From positions 27,032,001 through 27,096,000 of the forward strand of contig NC_043020.1 of NCBI RefSeq assembly GCF_006345805.1: a stretch of 64,000 bases of DNA, given 5' to 3'. Under the pieces are notes generated by a model that did no database searches, was not told where the DNA came from, and saw only the letters and a program-made list of their open reading frames with translations. Each line of letters starts with the position of its first letter. Within the stretch, counting starts at the first letter, position 1. Positions 52,651-64,000 of this stretch are shown in pieces. A program made the position numbers and the translations under genes. Source of the stretch: Octopus sinensis (lineage: Eukaryota).

Positions 52651-53028
52651 GGCGCAGGAGTGGCTGTGTGGTGAGTAGCTTGCTAACCAACCACATGGTT
52701 CCGGGTTCAGTCCCACTGCATGGCATCTTGGGCAAGTGTCTTCTGCTATAGCCCCGGGCCGACCAATGCCTTGTGAGTGGATTTGGTAGACGGAAACTGA
52801 AAGAAGCCTGTCATATATGTGTATGTGTGTGTGTTTGTCCCCCTAGCATTGCTTGACAACCGATGCTGGTGTGTTTACGTCCCCGTCACTTAGCGGTTCG
52901 GCAAAAGAGACCGATAGAATAAGTACTGGGCTTACAAAGAATAAGTCCCGGGGTCGATTTGCTCGACTAAAGGCGGTGCTCCAGCATGGCCGCAGTCAAA
53001 TGACTGAAACAAGTAAAAGAGTAAAGAG
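52651..53028 (+). mobile_element. SINE family A, full-length reference-like copy
   Basis: Complete head to gaaacaagtaaaagagtaaagag tail. Confidence 0.85.
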
Positions 53029-53523
53029 AGAGTGTAAAATTGAAGAATCACGAAGAAAACGACGTTAGCAAAGAGAAATAAACAAAACTGAAAAAACCGA
53101 GAGACTACTAGAATGAAACGGCTAACGAGCACGATAAAGAATGATCCAGATAGACGAAGGCTTGTATATGTGCACGAGTCAGATGGTGCGAATAAGAATG
53201 TGTACGAGAGATGGGGGCGGAGGGGAGAGGTGTAGCTGCTCTGCCAACTTTGATTGAACAGACATTTTCAGCAGTTATTGCTGTTCTCTGTTTACTATTT
53301 TATGAGACAGTTAAATCAAAGGATCTCTGTGTGTAATATTTTCTGATGGCATGGGGGTGAGTACAAGGAGAGCGTGTTCATCTCGCTGTTCGGAACCATT
53401 AAAAAGGAGGCATTTTTATTTATCTCCCTCTGACAGATGGTGCTGCTTTGAAGCGTTGACACTTTCTCGTTCTGTCAACCGACCGAGCCGGTTTTTTTCT
53501 ACTTTTGAACTGTTTTGCCTTAT

Positions 53524-53926
53524 GCCTATTTCTTTATTACCCACAAGGGGCTAAACATAAAAGGGACAAAGACAGACATAGGTATTAAGTCGATTACATC
53601 GACCCCAGCGCGTAACTGGTACTTAATTTATCGACCCCGAAAGGATGAAAAGCAAAGTCGACCTCGGTGGAATTTGAACTCAGAATGTGATGACAGATGA
53701 AATACCTATTTCTATTTCTTTACTACCCACAAGGGGCTAAACACAGAAGGGACGAACGGATTAAGTCGATTATATTGACCCCAGTGCGTAACTGGTCCTT
53801 AATTTATCGACCCCGAAAGGATGAAAAGCAAAGTCGACCTCGGCGGAATTTGAACTCACAACGTAACGACAGACGAAATACGGCTACGCATTTCGCCCGG
53901 CGTGCTAACATTTCTGCCAGCTCACG
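53524..53926 (-). mobile_element. SINE family B, head + two bodies
   Basis: Reverse-complement match; body junction near 53700-53715. Confidence 0.8.
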
Positions 53927-54940
53927 TCTCCCCTGGTTGATCCACTGCCTCGTCGGAGAAATTCCATTTAGGGAGACTGTGCAGAAGCGTGTTCTGTACT
54001 GGTGCAGGCATGTATCTTGCTTTGCTGTCACGTGGTTTTGAGTTCAATCTCACTGCACAGCAACTTGGGCTAGTATCTTCTACTATTGCCCCAGGCTGGC
54101 CAGTTCCCTACCAGTGAATTTGGTAGATGGAAACTTGTGTGGAAACCAAAAATATATTTATGTGTGTGTCTTTGTGTGTGTTCTCCACTACCACTTGATA
54201 TCTGGTGTAGGTTTGTTTACATCTCTGTAACTTAGCAGTTTTTGCAAAAGAGCTTGATGAAGTACCAGGCATGAGATATTAAGTACCGGGGTTGATTTGT
54301 TTGACTAACCCTTCAAGGCAGTGCCCCAGCATGGCCGTGATCAAACGACTGAAACAGTAAAAGATATAAAAAGTATGTGATGTGTGGGTGTGTGTGTCTT
54401 TTGTTGATGTCTTTCACCCAGATGTCAAGACACTGGATAAACCAGACCTTTGGAGAAAAAATTCCTTGGTGTATTTGTTCTGCCCAAGTTCCAGGTACGC
54501 CACTCTCCCTATCGCTTAGCCAATGTTGTAAATACAAGGAACTGCATTGATTGGTTGTCAGTGGAGATACCTTTTGTCTAACAATGCTATTGTTCACAAA
54601 ACTGATATGAAATGTATTAATAGCATCCGTCACCACCCACTATTCCTGGGTGAATTGTTGGTCTAGAGTCCTTGCATACCTTCTCTGTAGGGTTCTATCA
54701 GAGGCAACCATCAAGAGATTTTCTGGCTGGATTCCTCAGTGCAACTAGCTGAGACTGGGTATTATTATCCAGTCATTTTATTCATGGTCCACCCCCAGGT
54801 TTCCTCTTGCCTATTGGAGTGGCTTATAGAATCCATCTTGTGATTCTTTGCTCTGACGTACTAATCACATGCACTTGTACTTGTGGCGACATTCACCCTG
54901 GGCGGGTTGAGTCGGCTTCTTCTACTCATGGAAGAAGTTT

Positions 54941-55365
54941 TGTGGGGATATGTGGATTTCACAAGCGGTCCCTAAAAATCTCGCATGTAGAGACATCCTG
55001 TTTGCCGCAGATTGTCCACAGACGCAGGGACAGAACGGCCGAGGGGCCGCCAGTTGCCGAAGCAGACACTCCAAAGATTTTCTCCAGAGCCCCGTCTGCT
55101 GGGTTGTGGCCCTAATACCACTCGGTGCCAGACCAATCCGCTTTGGGTGGTCCTACAAGGAACCGAAGTTCCTGACGGCCGTGGGAATATGTGGATTTCA
55201 CAAGCGGTCCCCAACAATGTTTGTTGCAGATTGTCCGCAGACGCAGGGACAGAAAGACCGAGGAGCCACCAGTTGCCGAAACAGACACTCCAAGGATTTT
55301 TCACCCGAGCCCCGCCTGCCGGGTTGCAGCCCTACCAGGAACCGAAGTTCCCAACGGCATAGCTC
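54941..55365. repeat. GC-rich ~240-bp tandem duplication
   Basis: Units starting tgtggggatatgtggatttcacaagcggtccc (~54941) and cgtgggaatatgtggatttcacaagcggtccc (~55180); the second copy has internal deletions. Confidence 0.7.
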
Positions 55366-55572
55366 TGATTCTATCCGTTGCCAGCGTCAAGACCCCCCCC
55401 ACGCACACACATACAGAGGCTTAGTCTTATGTATTGGTTCATGTTTCTTGTTTAACCCCAGGTTGACTCTGATTGAGCAGACCCATAATCATAGGCAATC
55501 CAGCCTCGATGATCTTGTCTTTTTTTAAGGGAATCCGTGACTACATTGTCCTATCTACTCCTCCTTAGTTAA

Positions 55573-55779
55573 CCCTTTAGCATTCAGATTATCTAATACT
55601 TATTTACTCACATCCATTTTGGATTAACCATACATTATTTCATAGTTGTGAGACTTCAAAGATGTGGTTGTTTATTTTTAGAATGATATTGTAGGGTAGG
55701 TGTGAGAGACTGGATCTGGCTGGTTTAAACATAAAGCAGAATGTTTTAGCCGAATCTGACCATTTAAAATGCTAAACTG
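55573..55779. mobile_element. piggyBac-type MITE family 2
   Basis: TTAA-ccctttagcatt...aatgctaaa termini. Related copies at 56971-57186 and, inverted, 27015-27242. Confidence 0.65.
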
Positions 55780-56970
55780 TTGAGTCAGTTACTTAGTAAA
55801 ATTCTCCAAATTCTTGATGTGTATGTGGTGTCTGACCATGGTTATTTATAACTTTTTTATAATTTTATTTTTCCTGAACAACACTGGTAATATAGATTGC
55901 GACCAGAATTAACGAGCAACATGATTCATAGCATTGAAAATGTGACACAGTCGAGCTTGTTCATAAAATAGACGAAAACATGTTATTTTGTCTGTTCACG
56001 TCACTCACCTCTCCGGCCGGCCGGCACCCGACTTCAGTTCCAAGACAGGTCCAAAACAATGCAACATGAAAAACATTTTTAAAAAGCTTTATTAGTTTAT
56101 ATCTGTCTTAATGAATAGTTTCTACATGTTTCCACATGTATTTCATTTGGGTTTTTCCACTTAACCCTCTTGGGACACGCAGGCTGATTGTTCAGCCCAA
56201 GTGATACAAGCTGAAAGGACTTTGAAGCCGATCCATTGGCCTGATGGAACAAATGTTGTGAATGGTTGGTTTTGAAGTGTAACAGCTAATCAGAGATCAT
56301 CTTTCATTAGATGTATCATCATCTTCATCGTTTAGCATCCGCTTTCCATGCTAGCATGGGTCAGACGGTTCGACCGGGGTCTGGGAAGCCAGGAGGCTGC
56401 ACCAGGCTCCAGTCTGATCTGGCAGTGTTTCTACAGCTGGATGCTCTTCCTAACGCCAACCACTCCATGAGTGTAGTGGGTGATTTTTACGTGCCAGGCG
56501 AGGCTAGCAACAGCCACGATCGGTTGGTGCTTTTTACGTGCCACCAGCACAGAGGCCAGTTAGGGCGGCGCTGGCAATGGCCACGTTCGGATGGTTCTTT
56601 TATGTACCACCGGCACTGGTATCACAACTACAATTTCCATTGATTTTTGAGCAATTTCGATTCCGATTTCACTTGCCTCAACGTGTATCTCAATAGAAAA
56701 AATATTTTGTTTTTTTTTTTACTACACAGACCAAAACATAGTGTATCTCAAAACGGTCAACTCTTAGTTTTTTAGGGGTTTTTTTTATGTGTTTAAATGT
56801 GTTCAGTTAATTCTACAGAAGTTGAGGTTTATTTTTCTTCCATTGATTTCTGTAAAAAAACACAAATAAACAATATAAAGTTGGAAAAGTTGTCACTCAA
56901 AGCAACTTAAGTTTCTTGTATATGGCAAAGTAATTCAGCGAATTATGCTGGTAGACGAATCCGACTTTAA

Positions 56971-57186
56971 CCCTTTTAGCATTCAGATAATTCCGTGAAA
57001 CATAATGCTTATTTATTCGCATCGATTTGAATTAGTCATGCATTACCTTTGAGATAACAATGACGTGAGGGTTTATTTTTAGAATAATATTCAAGGGTAG
57101 ATGTGACAGGCTGGATCTTAGCTGGTTTGAACATGAAACCAGTACAATATTTTGGCCTGGATATGGTCAGTTTAAATGCTCAGTGG
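56971..57186. mobile_element. piggyBac-type MITE family 2 copy
   Basis: TTAA-cccttttagcattcagat...aaatgctcagtgg-TTAA. Confidence 0.65.
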
Positions 57187-57659
57187 TTAATAGAGTGAAG
57201 TCATTAGAAAATTCAGAGCCTGTCATATGATATGGTACGGGATAGAGCAATATTGAAATGATTGTAATCTGTATTGTGTTACAGAGCTATCCGAATATGT
57301 TGATGCAGAAACTATATACCTTCAACCGGCGTGGCTCTGTGGTAAGAAGCTTGCTTCACGGCCGCAAGGTTCTGTGTTCAGTCCCACTGTGTAGCACCTT
57401 CCTTGAGCTGACCAAAGCCTTGTGAGTGAATTTGGTTGATGGAAACTGAAAGAAGCCCATTGTATATATATATATATATATTATATATATATATATACAA
57501 TATATATATATATATACAATGGGCTTCTTTATACACATATAGATACAAACACATATATATATATATATACAATGGGCTTCTTTATACACATATAGATACA
57601 AACACATATATATATATATATATACATGTACACACACACACACACATATATATACACAC

Positions 57660-57693
<34 letters not shown>

Positions 57694-58143
57694 GTGTGTG
57701 TATATATATGTGTGTGTGTGTGTGTGTACATGTATATATATATATATATGTGTTTGTATCTATATGTGTATATACATATATACACACACAAGCCTGCTTG
57801 TGAGTGGTGGATGGAGGGCGATATGCGGGGAATACTTGTATATCTTAGAATAATCACGAGATCTATATATATATGGTAATATATGTCCTATGTGCTGATG
57901 TGCCGTGATTCTATTGAACCTTGTTACTAATTAATGTGCGTGTGTGTAGACACACAATTCTTTCCTTGTACCTCTATCATACTTTCACCTCCTTCGGTAC
58001 TATACTCCAAGTTTCATCTGACCTGTACATTTAGAGTTGTGTATAAGCATACGTATACAGTTATTCAGAGCGGTTACTGTGGAACCTGAATTTTATAATA
58101 CCAACAGGGGGAAAATACTTGATTTTGAATGAATGTACACGTA

Positions 58144-58177
<34 letters not shown>

Positions 58178-58475
58178 CGTGCACATATACCATGGGTGTA
58201 GCCGGGATTTCTATTAAGGGCGTTTCCAAATATTAAAAAAATAAGTAATACCAAATTAAAATAAATGCTAGATAATAATCGTATCTCACATACCAAAGGT
58301 TACTTTGCTGTATACCCAAAGATTTTTTAGCTATCATTTTGCTTTTTAATCAATTAAATCAATTAAATTCATTAGGTGTATGTGTAATTGTCTGTCATTT
58401 ATTATTTGATCTCTATGTTTATTGTCGTTAAATGTCTCTCATTTATTATACCACATCAGTGTTTATTCTCCGTAG

Positions 58476-58550
58476 TGTGGATTTATAATGAACACAAACA
58501 CTTTTAATCTATCCGTTAATCCATCATCTCTGACCATTATTCCTGGGAAG
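58476..58550 (+). CDS. Candidate exon with a beta-strand-rich motif
   Basis: Acceptor gtgtttattctccgtAG, phase 0, CGFIMNTNTFNLSVNPSSLTIIPGK, weak donor AAG|GTtgcg. The frame stays open about 40 more codons into unique DNA. LSVNPSSLTIIPG recalls Ig-like/ASH-domain starts (inference). Confidence 0.3.
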
Positions 58551-58682
58551 GTTGCGGGTATTGAGTGCTCAAACATCTGTGCCTTAGCATCCTATACGAA
58601 ACAACTGACATTGGACTTTACTGCCGAGGCTCAATATTATTATCCAACTGTATCATTCTTGGTTTACAACCGTGCTAGTAGG

Positions 58683-59044
58683 GTGCCAAGAGCACCATCC
58701 GAGCATGATCGTTGCCAGAGCAGCCAACTGGCTTCCATGCCAGTGGCATGTAAAAGGGCACCATTCGAGCATGAACGTTGCCTTACTGGCACCTGTGCTG
58801 GTGGCATGTGTAAAAGGATTCGAGCGAGGTCGTTGCCAGTACCGCCTGAATGGCCCCTGTGTCGGTGGCACCTAAAAAGCACCCACTACACTCTCAGAGT
58901 GGTTGGCGTTAGGAAGGGCATCCAGCTGTAGAAACTCTGCTAAATCAAGATTGGAGCCTGGTGCAGCCATCTGGTTCACCAGCCCTCAGTCAAAATCGTC
59001 CAACCCATGCTAGCATGGAAAGCAGACATTAAACGATGATGATG
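58683..59044 (+). mobile_element. Repeat family D copy
   Basis: gtggttggcgttaggaagggcatccagctgtagaaac...catgctagcatggaaagcagacattaaacgatgatgatg. Confidence 0.7.
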
Positions 59045-59639
59045 TTTCCTACTGATTGGCTCAGCTTGAAGAATTCAACTTGCAATTCTTTCATTCTGCT
59101 TACATGTTCCTAGTACCAGTTGTGGCTTCTCAATGAAGAGAAGTCGTGGCTTGGCCAGGAGAGACTCCTTGGTCTCGAGGCTACACACCTTGTTGAGTAA
59201 TGTTCTTCCAGATATCCTTCAGAAGTATTCCATTCCAGCCACTTATATTTGCAATTCGTCATTATACAACATTCATGTGGGTAAAGTAAAGGCACATGGC
59301 TCAGTGGTTAGGGCATCAGGTTCACAATCATGAGGTAGTGAGTTCGATTCCTGGACCAGGCTGTGTGTTGTGTTCTTCAGCAAGACACTTTATTTCACGT
59401 TGTTCTAGTTAGCTCAGCTGTAGAAATGAGTTGAGATGTCACTGGTGCCAAGCTGTATCGGCCCCTTTGCCTTTCCCTATATAATAGGCTTCTTCTAGTT
59501 TCAGCCTACCAAATCTACACACAAGACTTTGTTTAACCCCCAAAAAACTATAGAAGACACTTGCCCATGCTGCGGAACAGTGGAATTGAACCCAAGACCA
59601 CACTGCCGCAAGCTTCTCAACCACACAGCCATGCCAGCA

Positions 59640-59679
<40 letters not shown>

Positions 59680-61628
59680 ATAAAGATAGGCAGAGAGAGA
59701 AATGGAAATAGAATTCAAATGTGTGTTAATTTTTGTTGCTTAAAATCTGTTTTGAAAGATTCTTAAGCTTAATACACAAGTCTATAAAAAAAGGGGTGGA
59801 AAAAATCTAATTTCTAACATCACCTGAGCAAATGTCAGCATGTTAACACCTGAACTGTATGCTTGGATATAAGAAAATTATGTCACAAATATTGATTATT
59901 TTTGTTAATGAAGTCTTGAAATTATATCTCAATGTTTTGCATTCCATGCTTTATTTTCCTGCTGTTGATTTCATGGTAAATGTATGTTGTTAGGGAATAC
60001 CCCATTCATAGAAATTTTAATATCTGAGCTGATGTTTCCCTATGTGGCCACTTAACCTGCTAGAAATAGCAATACTAGTCTCCTTTAACCCTTTTTTGCG
60101 ACCCTATTTCCAATGAAATTCATTATCCCTTGAAAATAATTGAAGTTTTTTTTTCATTATCATCATTATTATTATTATTATTATTATTAAGAGGGGTGAG
60201 CTGGTAGAATGGTTAGCAGATCTGATGAAATGCTTAGCGGTATTTTCTCTGACGTGTTACATTCCGAGTTCAAATCCCACCCTGATCAACTTCACCTTTC
60301 ATTCTTCTGGGGTAAATAAAATAAAGCAACAAAATTTGAAACCATTATTATTAAAAGGGGGGCTGTTGATTAATTAGTATTGTAAGCACATTCGACTTGA
60401 TGAATGTTATGTGATTTTTTGCTGCTTCTTAGGTTCTGAGTTCAAATCTTGGTTGGGTCAGTTTTTGTTTCTATCGTTTTAGGGTTGATAAATGATAAGT
60501 ACCAGTCAAGTACTGGGGGTCAGTGTTATCAACTAACCCGCTCCCCTCAAAATTGATATGTGCCTTAATTAGAATTAATTATTAAGTAGGTGGTGGAATG
60601 GCAGTCATGAAGTGTTCAGTAAAAATGCCTTGTGGTGTTTCTTCCTGCTGTTTGTGTGCTGAGTTTACATTCTGCCTTGGTTAACTTTGCCTTTCATCTC
60701 CCCGGGACAGATAGAATAAAGAATTCACCCTTTTGATACCAACCCGCCTCTGGCTCTGTAGCACAGATGTCTTGTTTTCAAAAGTTCTGAATTAAAATCT
60801 TCCACCAAAACTTAGCCACAGTTTATGTTCCTAACACTAGCTTAATGATAACTAAGTTATTTTACTAAATTCTGTGTTATATTTAAAATTCATTGAAAAG
60901 AAAAATTAGGGTTGATAAATTCATTGAATGTTAGAAACCCATTTTTGCAAAGTTTAAACTCTACATCTTTTTTGTGCTTATACAGCTTCCTACCCAAACA
61001 GTTCCCCGTAGTTGGCACATTTAATTATTTCCTGAGTGTTTTTTCCACTGAAACAAAGTATGTTTTCTGTTATATTTGAATATAATCAAAGATTCGGAAG
61101 GATTTAGTAAAAAAATGACTAATTTTGTCATGATTAAACTTCTGTTTGCCATATAATAGGAATTGTGATGGAAAGTTTTGTTTTCAGTATGAAAGCTTTA
61201 AATAGAGACAGTTTTGTATTATGAAACTAGAGGTGGACTTAAGGCAGATTGGTGTGGAAAAAGGGCTAAAGTACTTAGCATTTCAATATGATGTCATTTA
61301 CTTAAACCTTTCTTGACCAAATTTCTAATGAAATCTTTCTTTGTCGTATTTAAATTGATTTTTGGAAATAATTAGGATCTTGGAAAAGTTTGCTTAATTA
61401 ACTTTTTCATTAATGGCGTTGGTGGTTTAGAATATAATTTAACCAAAAGTTCTCATGTTATATTTTGTAATGTGGAACCAGGAGAGATTCTTAAGATTGC
61501 TGGTATGAAACGGGCAATCAGTATTCAGTATTCCATGCCCTTCTTTTTGATGGGTGGGGTCCAAATAATCTCCCGTCTCACATAACCCACCCATTCTCGA
61601 CAATTTTAACAAAGTTGGTATTGTTTTA

Positions 61629-62030
61629 GGGCGGCGAGCTGGCAGAAACGTTAGCACGCCGGGCGAAATGCGTAGCCGTATTTCGTCTGCTGTTAGGTTC
61701 TGAGCTCAAATTCCTCCGAGGTCGACTTTGCCTTTCATCCTTACGGGGTCGATAAATTAAGAACCAGTTACGCACTGGGGTCGATGTAATCGACTTAGTA
61801 CCTATGTATGTCTTTGTTTGTCCCTTCTATGTTTAGCCCCTTGTGGGTAATAAAGAAATAGGTATTTCGTCTGCCGTTAGGTTCTGAGCTCAAATCCCTC
61901 CGAGGTCGACTTTGCCTTTCATCCTTTCGGGGTCGATAAATTAAGAACCAATTACGCACTGGGGTCGATGTAATCGACTTAATATGTTTGTCCCCTCTGT
62001 GTTTAGCCCCTTGTGGGTAGTAAAGAAATA
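61629..62030 (+). mobile_element. SINE family B dimer bracketed by long direct repeats
   Basis: Head at 61629, second body from 61861. Flanks 61502-61627 and 62031-62154 are about 93% identical direct repeats. Confidence 0.8.
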
Positions 62031-62242
62031 GGTATGAAACAGGCAATCGGTATTCAGTACTCCATGCCCTTTTCTTTGGGGTGGGGTCCAAATAATCTCC
62101 CATCTCACATAACCCACCCATTCTCGACAGTTTTAACACAGTTGGTATTGTTTTTACTTCCATTGCATGTCCAAGCCATCGTAGTTGCCTTTCAAATTTT
62201 AGAAATCAATGGTTCTAATTGACGTACTGCCGTTTTTTTCAG

Positions 62243-62307
62243 TTTCCTGCTTCAATCTCATTACTCCTGGCGATCAAAGCTCAACTCAGTCATTTCCTGT
62301 CAATATG
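62243..62307 (+). CDS. Candidate exon
   Basis: Acceptor ccgtttttttcAG, donor ATG|GTatat. 65 nt, all frames open (e.g. xSCFNLITPGDQSSTQSFPVNM). Confidence 0.35.
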
Positions 62308-63324
62308 GTATATGTATTTCCGTTTGCCGTGTTTCATGGTTGTATCCAGCATGTTTTAAGTGTGTTGTGTTATTGATACTCCTAGAGACAGTCTCTCTAC
62401 TCCTTCGGCACTTTACTTCCGACGCTCATTTCTGTGTCCTAAAAGCTATCTCCCTCTCGCTATCTCTCTCTCTCTCTCTCTCTATTTTATTTTAGTTTAT
62501 TTTATTTTATATCCTCTGGTGAACAGTAACATCTTTGGTTGTGGGTTTTTAACAAGCCAGTCATTGGTTCACAGTTTAATTAACGAGGGAGCATTTGTGT
62601 AACTTGGGCAGAACAAACACTACAAGCAGTTTTACTTTGAAAGCACTGGTTTCCCAGTTTCTTGCTTATGTTTACATCTTTCACCTCTGCGTATTACTAA
62701 AACACACATACACACACACACACCTGGCACAAAGCTACCTCTTCCAATGCTGTGTCACTTCTCTGTTGAAAGGGTTTCGTTTTATGAGTTCCTTGACAAC
62801 CTCGCTATTACAGATGCCATGCACAAAAAGCACCCACTATTTTCTAAACTGGTTGGCATTAAGAACATCCAGGTGTTGAAATTTCGTCAAAGTGGACACT
62901 GGAAGTCGACACAGATCCCTTATGCTGGTCAGACCTTTTTGGACTGTTCAGCACATGCTGGCATGGAACACACCTTAAACAAAGACGATGACATAATGGG
63001 TTTCCATTGAGTTTCTGTCCACAAAAACCTCTCTGAAAGGACATTGGTCAGCCTGAGACTGTGGTAGAAGACGCTTGCCCAAAATACCATCACGTAGTGG
63101 GATTGAACCCACGCTTGCAGTTTACCACCTAACCTCATTAATATCTTTCAATGGTTTCTTACCTGCCTTTCAACTGTTTCTTGACTTATATATTAGTAAT
63201 ACAAAAGAGGTGAGAGCAAATGAAAGCGGGAGGTTTATAGGGTTCTGGTGCTACTAATATTAAATCTCTCTTTTTCCATTCTATCACTCTCACTGCCATT
63301 AAATATTGGCTTTCTAAATAGAAT

Positions 63325-63374
<50 letters not shown>

Positions 63375-64000
63375 TGCACGCGCGCATACACATTCAACAT
63401 ATGTCTCTTGAGTTTCTGTCCATCCACTCACAAGGCTTTGGTTAGCTCAGGGCTATACTAGAAGATTCTTGCTCAAAGTGCCACACAGTGGAACCGTACC
63501 CAGAACCATGTGTTTGGGAAGCAGAATTCTTACCACACAACCATCCCTGTCCCTATATATACACACATATATATATAAAAGATAAATTCAACTGTAGTTC
63601 AACTCTAGAAAGTGAACAAATGTGAATACAGCTTATTATTGTGTTTGCAAATAGAGAAATAAGGAGATTGCCCTGACATTTCATGGCTGGTTGACCACTT
63701 TTCAGATATCAAGTCTCTCCGACATGCCTTTCTGCCTACAAAGAGTACTTCTTAGTAATTGCTGTTTGTTGGTTAAGTCTGGGTAATTAAGAGCAGCACA
63801 CGAGGCCTTATTTTCTGGACCCATCCCTAATACTTCTGGGAGTGAGTGGGGGAAAACCCCTTAACTCCTGGGTTCTAACTGTAGAGAATAGTGTTATGAA
63901 GATATTGAATTCCCTTCAAATTGAAGTTCTACCTCAAATCTTTGTATCGGGGTGGACTCCGCTAAAGCTAACCAAGAACTGGGTAGTTGTTGAAATCTAC

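Noticed and set aside
59119-59281. Splice-bounded open frames containing MKRSRGLARR
   Set aside because: Resembles the KRxRGRP motif of decayed RTE LINEs and several frames are equally plausible; not supportable as an exon.
48-63445. Most ORF-track entries (YI/CV/HT-rich, poly-L/S/T/H, and recurrent SINE translations such as RRASFSFRLPNPLTRLWSARG or RKDERQSRPRRNLNSER)
   Set aside because: They are translations of microsatellites or of repeated SINE sequence; low stop-codon frequency in these repeats explains their length.

Overview
Very AT-rich, microsatellite-saturated animal genomic DNA with one 100-N gap (24295-24394). The SINE/MITE content and the density of (TA)n/(CA)n/(TATG)n point to an Octopus genome; this is inference from repeat style, not a database hit. 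Most of the window is interspersed repeat: four tRNA-headed or LINE-tailed SINE families (called A-D here), TTAA-flanked piggyBac-type MITEs, hAT MITEs, an RTE-LINE remnant, Penelope-like terminal-repeat fragments and several satellites. Almost all ORF-track entries are translations of simple repeats or SINEs. The best coding signal is two phase-compatible plus-strand exons (25525-25786, 26692-26970) encoding TPR-like helices, plus a plausible terminal exon at 28142-28195. Several short splice-bounded open frames on the minus strand suggest a second, possibly host, gene. The most interesting signals are: (1) minimal type-I hammerhead ribozyme motifs in Penelope-like repeats, including a head-to-tail pair 316 nt apart that resembles a non-LTR retrozyme dimer, about 150 nt upstream of the TPR exon; (2) a SINE dimer bracketed by ~125-bp direct repeats; (3) SINE bodies that multimerise and decay into a ~3.3-kb satellite; (4) one SINE head carrying three different 3' tails; (5) long fold-back palindromes centred on (TA)n. 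Gene identities could not be fixed without homology searches.
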